64,000 nucleotides of DNA from assembly GCA_000708835.1 (NCBI GenBank), contig DF237137.1, positions 85,574 to 149,573 on the forward strand. The letters run 5' to 3'. The notes beneath the pieces are model-generated. The model searched no databases. It was not told the origin of the DNA and was given only the letters and a program-made list of their open reading frames with translations. The translations under genes and the position numbers were made by a program. This document shows, in pieces, positions 11,530 to 21,949 of the stretch (positions are counted from its first letter, which is position 1; each line of letters opens with the position of its first letter). Source of the DNA: Klebsormidium nitens. Lineage: Eukaryota; Plantae; Klebsormidiophyceae.

Positions 11530-14456
11530 TTACGCGCGCTTGCGGGAGCGCGCCGGAAGGAACGTGTCCAGAGTCATGCCGATCCGGTTCAGGTTGTTGA
11601 TCAGCATGATGTTCTCGTCCTCGGTCTTCGGAATCATCTTGATGAAGACCTCTTGTTTTTGTTTGCTCGACGACAGCTTGACCATCTCCTTGACGGACCC
11701 GAAGCAGTGCACAGAATCGTCGTCATGCGACGAGATGTAGTCAAACACACTCTTGATCTGTGCATTGTTGCCCTGCGTCCTCTTCTTGGAGACCTCGATT
11801 CTTCCGATGGTCTCGTCAGGGAAGGCCCGAAAGAGTCGCCTTGCCTTCTGGTCCAGGGGGGTCTGCAAGAGGCAAAAGGGTTTTCTTTGAGAGCCGCATG
11901 CCAGCTTCCAAAACTCTCAACACGGATGCAGCCGCACAAGAGGTTGCAATAATACATGCACGCCTGTACATGATTTGAGAAGGAGGAACTTTCAGACTGT
12001 AGAATCGATAAATGTCGAGTATGCTTACCAACTCGTTGGCAACGTCATCTTCTTCTTCGAGATCCTCGTCATCGTCTTCGTTCGCATCCTCGTCAGGGTA
12101 ACCGAGCTGCTTCCAGCCAAGGACCTTACTGCACACCTTGATCACGTCCTGGTCGTTCTCAAACTCAATCCGTTGCCTCGTGGTCAGGTTGACAAAGTTC
12201 CAAGCCTGCCGCACGTCTTCGTCGGTGATCAAGAAAGCCTCAGGATGATCGAGCAGAGCCGGGTAAGACGGATCCAGAACGAGGTTCATTGCTCTGAAGA
12301 TAGCTGAGATTTGGAGCACCTCGCCCTTGGCCTTTGAGATGATCCCTGCACGAAAAGCGCGTCCTTGAGTCCTTCGCCTTTCTGATCTGCTTCCTGGTGT
12401 CCGCGACTGTAAATACTCATACATCCCGTCTGCTGGGAGCAATTATCTTCAGAGAGCCGTGAAGATTCTCTGCTTTCAAAAGCCGTGCTCACCTGCTTTA
12501 TGGAGGAGGTCCTTGAGGTACAGCTCACGCAGCACTTTCTGGATGCTGTCAAAGCCCTGGCCAAAAACGTCACGGGCACTCCCTGCCAGCTTGAAGATCG
12601 TGACATCCTTGTCGTCGTCCAGACTATGCGTCAACCAGTAAAGCCGGTACATCAGCTGCACATCAAGAAACAGGAAACAATCAACAGCGAGACAATGGAG
12701 GAAGCAATTCCTAAGTCTGTCTAAGGAGTTTTGTCGATTTCGAATTCTGCGAACCAACTGCTGAGCACGAGTTGCTCATTCGTCACCAGAAGCATCAGGG
12801 TCTTACCTTCTGCATGAGGTCGTTGTCCTGATCGATGATTTGCTGCTCTTCTTCACCGATGCACAACTGGCCTGCACAGTGGTTTCATTATGATCAGATT
12901 CGACTCGCCTTGCAGGAACGCACAACCTGACATCCCAAGGACCAATTCCAGGATCGGAGACCATCAAACAGCTGAGAGAGTCCAAACCAAATACTTACTG
13001 AAGTCGGGGAACTCCGGGGGGGGGAAAGCCATTTGGTAGCGGTTCATCAATCCATCATTCGGAGTCTTGCTCAGCTCCCTCTGGAGAGGCTCCGGCTGCG
13101 TGAACCTGCCAATGCACACGTGTGTATACTCGCAGGTTTTGCTCTCATTGTTGTCATTGACCAGCTCTCGCGTCCAGCTGCTTCCCCCTTTAAGTTGCAA
13201 GGCTCGAACCCTGTCGTTGTTCCCCTTCTTGTACGCATCCAACATCTCGAAGAACTGGTGAGCCTCTTCGAAGAGAAGCATCCCTGAATGATCTCGAGCC
13301 TTGAGGAGCATCTGGAACAGTCTTTCGAAATTGACCTGCGCAAACATTACATCTTTTTATGCAGGTGTACACCAGTGCTCGTTGATTGATACCAAGCCTG
13401 CTTCAGGATTGAAACCAGCTGTACTCGCAGTCTTGATTGATTCGTCTACATCTGGCCTGCGTAGATTGACAACCATTTTGCCAATGATCAAGAATAGAAT
13501 CCTTGTATCCTGCCTTTGAATCATATTCCTCACGCATGAAACCGGAAACATGCACCAAATGATCGGATCAGACAAGAGAGTCGCATGCAGATTCGAATCT
13601 GGCAATGCTCCAAGATGATGCCCTACAAAATGATCAGTAGCTGCAGACGTGTAATTTGAGCAACTTGACGGAATGATCTATAAATATACAAATGATCAGA
13701 CTATTCATGAGACTATGACAGTCGTTCAATATGCACATGACAATCTATTTCGAGCTGAGAGATTGGATTGAGCAGATATTGATGCACGCGCAATCATCAA
13801 TCTCGACAAGACGAACTCAAGCAATCAAACTGAAAGATTCGACTCACCGCCCCGTCGCACTTCACTTTCAGAAAGCTGATTTCAGACAGGAGCTTTTCGA
13901 GCTCAGCAGATCCTTCTCTGTATACCTCGCGATCGACGCTCTTCAATACATGTTCCATAATCTCGTCGTTGATGAGGCGCTCCACCACATCAATGTTAGT
14001 GCTGATTTTGTGGTACGCCTGGAACTTGCCAAAACCGCTAGGGCCGACACAAAACCCCCAGTGAATGAGATTACTCTTCCATTCCAATCCCTCAACCTCA
14101 ACACGAGAGTTTGGTCCCAGAAAGTATGAAGCACAAGACGTTAGTGGTACCATCAGCATCCAGGAGCTAACACCAATTCGCTTTCCCATTCTCTGGAGCA
14201 TATTCAGCGCCTCACTTGGAAACGATGTCTTTGCGTTTTCTTCATTGATGATCAAGCAGACCGCTCGACTCTGGTTAGCAATGGAGCTTTGGTCTCCAAA
14301 GCTTGATCGTTTTGGAGGCATCCTGTCAGCTGCTAGGTCCTGCGGTTTGGAATGAACGTAGTTGCGAAACAGAAGAAGCGCCTCGGAAAAAGATCTCCAG
14401 CTGATCAGCACATTCAAATATACCCTGGCAAGCTCTCGGCCGTCCAAACCAGACAA
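11530..14456 (-). CDS. DUF3987/YfjI-like P-loop ATPase (putative replicative helicase), multi-exon; start may lie upstream at 15041
   Basis: FPSEALNML...EWKSNLIHWGFCVGPSGFGKFQA (Walker A ~14025-14045), LLFEEAHQFF (Walker B), LQLKGGSSWTR, FTQPEPL, DGLMNRY (Arg-finger-like), GIISKAKGEVLQISAIF, ITDEDVRQAWNFV. This order of blocks is typical of DUF3987. Confidence 0.75.
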
Positions 14457-15260
14457 AACCTGATCAAAGTAGAAATCAAATGCGAAACTATTGAAAAGGC
14501 GCCACTAGATGCTCTTTAGCTTGCAATGCAAATAGATTGTCTCCCCTCACAAGTGTTTCCTTGGAACAAATTCCAATTGTGATCACCACGGTCTCACCTA
14601 GGAGTCAAATGATAGCTAGCTCGAAATGAGTCGACGCAATTTATCTTGAGAAAGCTTTATCTGAGCTTCACTGACTCAGCTTGCCTTTGAATTTGAATTT
14701 TCGATTGCAAAACCCCCGAGGTATGAGCGAGCGACCGCCGGCCGCACCGCGGTGCCCGGTACGTTACACTGGCTCGATCACTGAGCCGAGCCTATAGACT
14801 AGAGTAGCTATCAGCTAGGCTATACCGTCCGGCTACTGGCCGGCGGCCGCGCGACCCGTCCTGTCGCGACCGACGATTTGAAACTGTATATATCATTTAG
14901 ATCGGCAATGCGTCGGGAAGCCACGGTGCGTTGTTGACGCAAGTCGTTGGCCAAAGTGGTCAGTCGACTGCAAGCGTCGTCCCGTGGCGGTTTGCTCGAG
15001 TTCGAATCCTCGACCGGACAGTTTTTTTTCCCCCAATCCACATGATTAATTGGTTGATCCTCATATTTTTCAGCCCTAGGTCCTAGGAACCATCAAGAAC
15101 ACCTTATTCGACATCCCCCTAGATCTTGGAAAAACTTCAGAGCTGTTTTGAGCAAGGCGAGACGCTTTGCATGTGTGCGCCTCTCACTAAAGCTACCGCG
15201 TTTCTTGCCATTTTCGAGTGACTGTGCTGCCATCATCTAGACCGTGACAAGAACAGAGAA

Positions 15261-18200
15261 ATGGAGCCAGGTCGAAAGCGGCCGGAGTCATGCGTCAGGC
15301 CGAGCATTCGTGAGGCGATGCGCAGGAATCGCGACCAGATCATATCAGACATGCCCGGCTTCGAGTTGCTCAGCGAGCCTCTCGTCATGAAATACTTCAA
15401 GACGTTGGCCGAGTTGTTCAACTTTGCAGGCTCCTACTTCGATTCGGAAAGGCTGTTGCTTTTGGCTAGACAAGACCCAGAATTTGGGAACTACAGCTAC
15501 TACGCGGTCACGATTGATGCTTTTCTCAAAAGGTGAGCCTGCAACAAGCCAGTGCAATTCGTTGTGGTTGAGACACGTGATGAAGAACACCTCGAACCTG
15601 ATCTTTGAGCCAATCGATTGTCAATGTAGTTTTAGGACTCTAAATCAGTATCACAGCTCAGGCTTCCATTATCACGATCATCCATCAATCGAGTTGCGCA
15701 TACTAATCAGTGACGATGATCAGCTGACAGTACCAAATGCCTATTTCAACGCAGCTTCCAGGCCAATAGGCTTCAATGGCAACACACTTACGAAATCTTC
15801 CAAACGGTGAGCCCTCAATATGCTCTGAATCTTTCATGGCAGGTCCTAAACCTTGCAGAATCTATCTTCCAAGCCGCGTATCAATCCCATGTTGAAAGAT
15901 TTTCGAACGCGACTCTTTCCTTTCTGCGATCTCGCTGACTTTCCTCTTCGAAATTGCAGGGGCGGCGATGTCACTTGTTTTTTGACCTGGAGTACCGCAA
16001 GGCTTGCAACCCCAACCTGTCGGCACATGATCTGGTGGATACAGTGCTCTTGATCACCGAAGAGATCTGTCGAGAAACATATGGAACGGGGATCTGGAGA
16101 GAACGCATCGTTGAATTAGACGCCTCGTATGCCAGTAAGCATACCTGAACCATCACTGAATCATTCAAAATGTGGAAGAGTAGAGTCGTCACTTTCAATC
16201 TGGATGTTCGCAAACAAGATGGATTCGCTGGTGAATACATTGGTTCGACATGCACTTCATTGGCAAGGATCATCATTGAACGCTCTCGTTTTTTGCAGGC
16301 AAGTTCAGCCGGCACATCATAGTTCCCGTTTACGGCAGGTGCTTCGCAAACGTCCATGAAGACATGAAGTGCTTCGTTGACAAGGTCAGTAGACATCGCC
16401 ATACGTTTCAAGCTTATGCTGAAGGTTGAATCTCATTCACCCTCAGTCACTTGTCTGCAGATTGAAGTCGATTCTTTTTTAACGAAACACCTGCCTTTTG
16501 CTGCTTTCTAGATATGCGCAAAGATCTACCAGCTGGCGCAATCAGGGGACGAGTCTGCGAAGCGACTACTGGTAAACCAAGGACCGAATCTGCCTCAGAC
16601 TCTGGTCATTGACCATTCAGTTTACACAAAGACAAGACACTTCCGAACCATCTTCTCCACCAAACAGCAAGGCCCAGACGTTCCGTTCACCCCGACCTGC
16701 AGATTGTTCACCGAACAGGTAAGGTCTATACATGGAAGAGCCGGGCTAACTCTGCTGGTTTCCCAGGCCTCAGGAAACGACACGAACGAAAGATCCAACG
16801 TAACTTGCTTTTGGAAGCAGCTTGCGGAAACAATTTGTCCATCGACTCACATGTATCTTACTGTCTCCGTCTTGCAGAACCTGACTCATCAAATCACGCA
16901 CTCGTTCGCCTCTCTGGTGCCTTTGTCTAGTACACCACTTCCCTCACTTCAAACGCCGGAGGTGACCCCGACACCCTTCTCCAATTCCAGATCGTCTCCC
17001 AATAAGCAGAGTAGCAAAATCAATCTAGGCTTAGTTCTGAAGTCTGAAGAGCAGTATGACGCGTCTGGATATCATTACTTACAATAATTCGGCTGCTCTG
17101 CAGGACCATTCTGCTCAAAGTGACAAGGCGACACCAACCGGAACATCTGCAGTGAGCACAAACGGGTCAATTCACATCAGAAGCCTGGAGGACTTCGTGA
17201 CGGCGTCCGTTCGAGTTTTCTCACGATCACTATCACGATCACGAGGTTCGGCCAAAAAAGTCCACTGCACTGTCATCTCTTAATGCTTCCAGTTTTCATG
17301 CATCCCATCCTCCTACGCAATCTGCACACACAAGCTTAACTCGAAGAATTTAGGTTCACCTCTCAGCCAGCCTTTTTAAACACGCAGGCGCGAGCATAAC
17401 GTCCAGAATCATCATCAACAAGGCTTTTCTATCGTACTCGTTTAAAGGCTTCAAGTTCTGCCAAAACGTCAACCGAAACCATACGCAGAACAACGGTGAG
17501 CCCCAAGAACAAAACACTCCTCGCACATAAGCTTCGGCTTTCCTGTACCTGAAAACCCCCGGCTTGCTTCTTTATTCTCGCAGTCATTGAGCCCCATCCC
17601 ACGAGTCTCCTTCAGACAACAAACTCCGCGTTTAAAACACTCTTCTTGCAGTCTACATGGTAGTGGACCTGGTTCAAGGAGTATTCTACCAAAAATGCCA
17701 CGCCCCTGCATGCCAAGGTGAGATCATCAGCTGCTAGCAGCAACGCAATAAACGTGCAAAGCATTTAAACATAAGAATGCCTTGATCTAGTGCTGAGCAC
17801 ATTATTCAGAACTGAAAAGACACTAAACAACTTTTGCCTTGCAGCAATAGGATACAGGTCTCCGTTCAAGTCGCTGCCAAACAGTCTGGTCGAAGAAGCG
17901 AGGGCGGCGGTTTGCAAAGCTCTGGGGCAAAGCTCACCTGCGAAGTCTCCTGCGTGGGGGGAGCTCGAGGAAGTAGACCCAGCTTTTACTTCCGCCGTGA
18001 GTTGAAACGATCCACGAATTGAATCAGTTCTTGATTTCTTACGATTTCCATTCTTATTCGTCGGTACACAACAGGCGAGTTGCATCGAACTGTGTTTTAG
18101 TACTTTTCGTGAGTTGAGCAAATCTTGTCTTTTCCCATGCAGGCCCTGCAAGTTCTACACGCGCTCGAAGATCGCCCCACGAAAAAGGCGAAGGCAGAGC

Positions 18201-19090
18201 AAGCCCCGGAGACACAGGTGGGAAATCCGGTTCCCGCCATACTCGATCGTGTGATTCAGCTTCTTTCAAGAACATACAAGTCACACGCATCGAAAACAAG
18301 TTTCCCAGGTGCTCGCGCTGAGGCCAAACATGATTTGCAGACAAGGCCACTCCCCGCCGAGCTGGAAGTCCAAAATGCGGCCGCTTCAACCCCAAGCAGA
18401 TTGATGCCCCGAACTCCGGACGAAATCAGCTTTCCTGCATATCTCACGGTGAGCGGTGCCAATTCATGTTATCTGACCAAACATTGAAGTACAGAGAGTC
18501 TATTCTTTTCCGGGTGGAAAACCTTTGAATCTGGTTAATGCACATTGGGTTAAATCTAAACCATATTTCACACCGCGACTTCATAGAGTTTCGGATACGA
18601 CGCTTCAGACTAACAATGCCCTTTCTTTACTGACAATGCCCATCTTTCAAACGGCTCGTCCCCTGCTGACGTCAGCGCCTGGAACGCTGACAGCGGAGCC
18701 TCTCAGATCCAGAAAGCGGCATCAAAAGTTTCTCGTGGTACAGCTTGAAACACGTATGGAGCACAAGACCAACAGCCTTTCGCAACCTTTCAGGTGGACA
18801 GGGCACGCGCGAATGTCGACTCGGAGGCGGCCGGGGGAGGGCCAGCGGAATGGGGCGCTGATGCGCGGCCGCTCGAGACGGCCCCGGGCGACGCTGACGT
18901 CAGCGAGCAGTTGTTGAACGAGACCGGGCAGGGAAACGGGCACGCGGTCGGGGGAGAGCCCTCGGGGTGGGGCGCCGATGCGCGCGAGCAGCCCACGCAG
19001 CCGCTGACGGACGCCGCAGCGGAGGAGGGCGGCGACACGCAGCCCCTCGAGCCGGCCCTGGACGAAGCTAATGCGAGCGTATTGGGCTAA
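15261..19090 (+). CDS. PRIMPOL: PrimPol-type archaeo-eukaryotic primase-polymerase with C-terminal UL52-like Zn finger
   Basis: Spliced frame gives HTYEIFQT|GRRCHLFFDLEY (motif I DxE, 15984-15992), LDASYA|SKFSRHII (motif II SxH, ~16300), IDHSVYTKTRHFRTIFSTK (motif III), FKFCQNVNRNHTQNN and VYMVVDLVQGVFYQKCHAPAC (C-H-C-C finger, ~17450-17715), then GYRSPFKSLP. The 3' exons after ~18000 are uncertain. Confidence 0.9.
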
Positions 19091-19524
19091 TTGCCAATTG
19101 CAGATGGGTAGTTCGAGCGTTGATGATGTCGGCGAATGTGGTTACATCTTTGTCAGGACCTATTGAGACACAGAGTTGAGATTCAGGTCAGCGGCGCTCT
19201 ACAGTTGCAGTCTTTCTATACGTGGGAAACATTTCCGACGCCTTGCTATAAGTCCGCCTTGACGCCTGTGCGACCTGTGTAGAACTCGCTGGAAGATATA
19301 TACCAAGCCTGTTAACGTTCCGATTCGATCAGAGTGTGGAAAATATATGTACATGCTTTAAAGAGACGCTTCCAGAGCGAAACAGTATTCTGTCTTTGGT
19401 TACTGGAAACACATGAGAAGACCGTACCCAGAATCCGGCATGATCATGAATAAGTCACGATGAATCAAAGCTGTGCTTGGCCAACAAACGCAAGAATGAA
19501 GCTTGTCAGGATATATGCAAGTCA

Positions 19525-20592
19525 ATCTCATCATTCTCCTCGTTCTCCTCAATGAGAAGAATGAGGCGGAGGAGAACGATGAGGGCCGGGGTAAAGGCGC
19601 CCCCGAAGGATGAGGATGTGAGGCATAATGAACGGGAAAGCATTTGCACCCGTACTCATCCTCCTCCTCATTCTCCTCAATGAGAAGAATGAGGCGGAGG
19701 AGAGCGATGAGGGCGGGGGTAGAGGCGACCCCGAGGATGAGAATGAGTGCGCAAAATGAACGGAAGAATATTCTTACCCGCCCTCATCGTCCTCCTCATT
19801 CCCCTNNNNNNNNNNNNNNNNNNNNNNNNNNNNNNNNNNNNNNNNNNNNNNNNNNNNNNNNNNNNNNNNNNNNNNNNNNNNNNNNNNNNNNNNNNNNNNN
19901 NNNNNNNNNNNNNNNNNNNNNNNNNNNNNNNNNNNNNNNNNNNNNNNNNNNNNNNNNNNNNNNNNNNNNNNNNNNNNNNNNNNNNNNNNNNNNNNNNNNN
20001 NNNNNNNNNNNNNNNNNNNNNNNNNNNNNNNNNNNNNNNNNNNNNNNNNNNNNNNNNNNNNNNNNNNNNNNNNNNNNNNNNNNNNNNNNNNNNNNNNNNN
20101 NNNNNNNNNNNNNNNNNNNNNNNNNNNNNNNNNNNNNNNNNNNNNNNNNNNNNNNNNNNNNNNNNNNNNNNNNNNNNNNNNNNNNNNNNNNNNNNNNNNN
20201 NNNNNNNNNNNNNNNNNNNNNNNNNNNNNNNNNNNNNNNNNNNNNNNNNNNNNNNNNNNNNNNNNNNNNNNNNNNNNNNNNNNNNNNNNNNNNNNNNNNN
20301 NCTTACCCGCCCTCATCGTCCTCCTCATTCCCCTCAATGAGAAGAATGAGGCGGAGGAGGACGATGAGGGCGGGGGTAGAGGCGCCCCCAAGAATGAGCA
20401 AAGTGAGACGGATGAGAAAGATGAGTATGAGGCCTACAATGAAAAGGTGAACGGAAGGATGAGGAAAGTGAATCTTTCCGTCTCACTGGATGAGAGAAAT
20501 GAGGAGTTCAGTGAGGAGAATGAGAAAATTCATCCCGGCTCCGGGTGAGTTCACCCGGGACTAGGATGAAAGGAGGAGGATGAGGATGAGAC
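19525..20592. repeat. Right subterminal tandem array (~128-bp unit with internal inverted repeat), containing an N gap
   Basis: CTCAATGAGAAGAATGAGGCGG recurs at 19548 and 19676. Perfect 21-bp hairpin arms at 20306-20326 and 20354-20374. Inverted relative to the left array. Confidence 0.85.
19806..20301. other. Assembly gap (N run)
   Basis: Run of N. Confidence 1.
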
Positions 20593-20628
20593 CCGAATCA
20601 TGTAATTCTTACATCTCCATTGGTACTT

Positions 20629-20840
20629 CGTGCATTGTCAGGCAGCAAGACCGAGCTTCGCTTGGGTTCAATAACCACACTATGCGTCCTGCAAAACTCT
20701 GCCGTAACAAAGTTGTGAGTCGCGCCCGAATCAAAGAGAATGTTCGCTTCGGATCCTGCAGCTTTGCATCCAAAAAGCATGCGTAGAGAACTCGACTTTG
20801 CAGCAGCACTGATAACGTGAATTGCACCTCTCGTCAAAAC
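20629..20840 (-). pseudogene. Ty3/gypsy retrotransposon aspartic protease remnant
   Basis: MLFGCKAAGSEANILFDSGATHNFVTAEFC...VLLPDN carries the DSG catalytic motif. No RT, RNase H or integrase is seen. Confidence 0.7.
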
Positions 20841-21949
20841 CGCTTCCCTTGAGGCTCTGTTAGGACCTGGCCCGTTTACTGTCTAGACTCCCTTTGATCA
20901 CTTTGATTCGCGAATCTAACCTTTTTTCACGGCGGATACACCACTTTTTGCATGGCTGATTAATCGGCTCAGCTGCGCCGGGCAACTGCAGGTGAATGCA
21001 TCTTGACCCCCGGGGCGGGACCCCGGTTAGTAGGTTATGCAGTCCTCACAAAAATTGCAGCTGCGTGAGCCAAGCGCTGGTCGGTTCTTCGGAGGCCAGA
21101 TTGCATATTACTCAAAGTCCATCTAATAGTCGAAGTCATGTCAAGGTTTCATGTTTAGCGTATAAGGTTGCGCGTCGACCGAAAATCTACCACCCCCCAC
21201 TTTGATGTTGTCAGACCACGTGGTTCTGGAAACCCTGGTTTCGGCAATGGTTTGCAGCAAACCCTCCACATCTGTGCGCCCTATATTACCCATTTCTGCA
21301 CCAAAATGCTCTATCCAAAGCACCTGGGCAATGGCCATGAGTGGTGGCCATTGCCGGCAAGGCTTCTTTGAGCAAAGAAGATGCTCATTTGATACTTATA
21401 GGCGACACAATCACCCCAGTGTTGCAAACCTCTTACAAACCCATATTTATGAAAAACATGCCTCTGATTGGCTCAGAAACCTGGGATGACCTCGGAGGTT
21501 TTCGGTCGACGCGCAACCTGACCTTTGACAACCGACATAACGTCTCATCCACTTGTTCTTTGAAGTGACCGGCTTCCTTTTTTAGCTCAATTGCAGACGT
21601 ACGATCCCGAAGTCAATCACGAGGTTCATGTCTTCTCTTTGGGTGCATCGATTTGTGATGTATGTGCTGATTAAGCCATTTGGCTGAAGGTTGGCATATT
21701 TGTCGCAAATTTTGTCCTCGATCAGACGTCAAGTTCATTAAATTGTATAACCGGTTGACTCGATTATAAAACAAGCTTCCTTTGAGTTTCAAATTCACAT
21801 GTTACGCAGTCAATTGCAATTGCGCGAGCCGCAGAGCCAGCCCGAGTATCTCCCACCCCCTTCGAGCCCACATTTGGACTTACCACCAAATTAATATACT
21901 CAGAACTATATTCAGAACTACCCTCCGAGCGACTGTCCATGTTGGATGA

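Larger units (their letters stand above)
3914..20628 (+). mobile_element. Large KDZ-family DNA transposon with TIRs, carrying transposase, DUF3987-like ATPase and PrimPol genes
   Basis: Left end 3914 AAGTACCAATGGGCTTGTAATAAATACATGATT versus reverse complement of right end from 20628 AAGTACCAATGGAGATGTAAGAATTACATGATT: 28/33 identical. Inverted ~1 kb repeat arrays lie just inside both ends, and a transposase with D-D-E residues lies between them. Confidence 0.82.

Noticed and set aside
3955-20592. CRISPR-like reading of the repeat arrays
   Set aside because: The units are contiguous degenerate tandem repeats without unique spacers, the context is eukaryotic, and there are no cas genes.
3914-20628. 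Polinton/Maverick, Helitron or endogenous giant virus as the identity of the element
   Set aside because: No protein-primed PolB, retroviral integrase, capsid, A32 ATPase, HUH Rep or PIF1 motifs were seen; the only recombinase is KDZ-type.
20940-21600. Possible gypsy gag or zinc knuckle upstream of the protease
   Set aside because: Only a weak SHAK fragment; no intact CxxC-H-C motif or LTR could be delimited.
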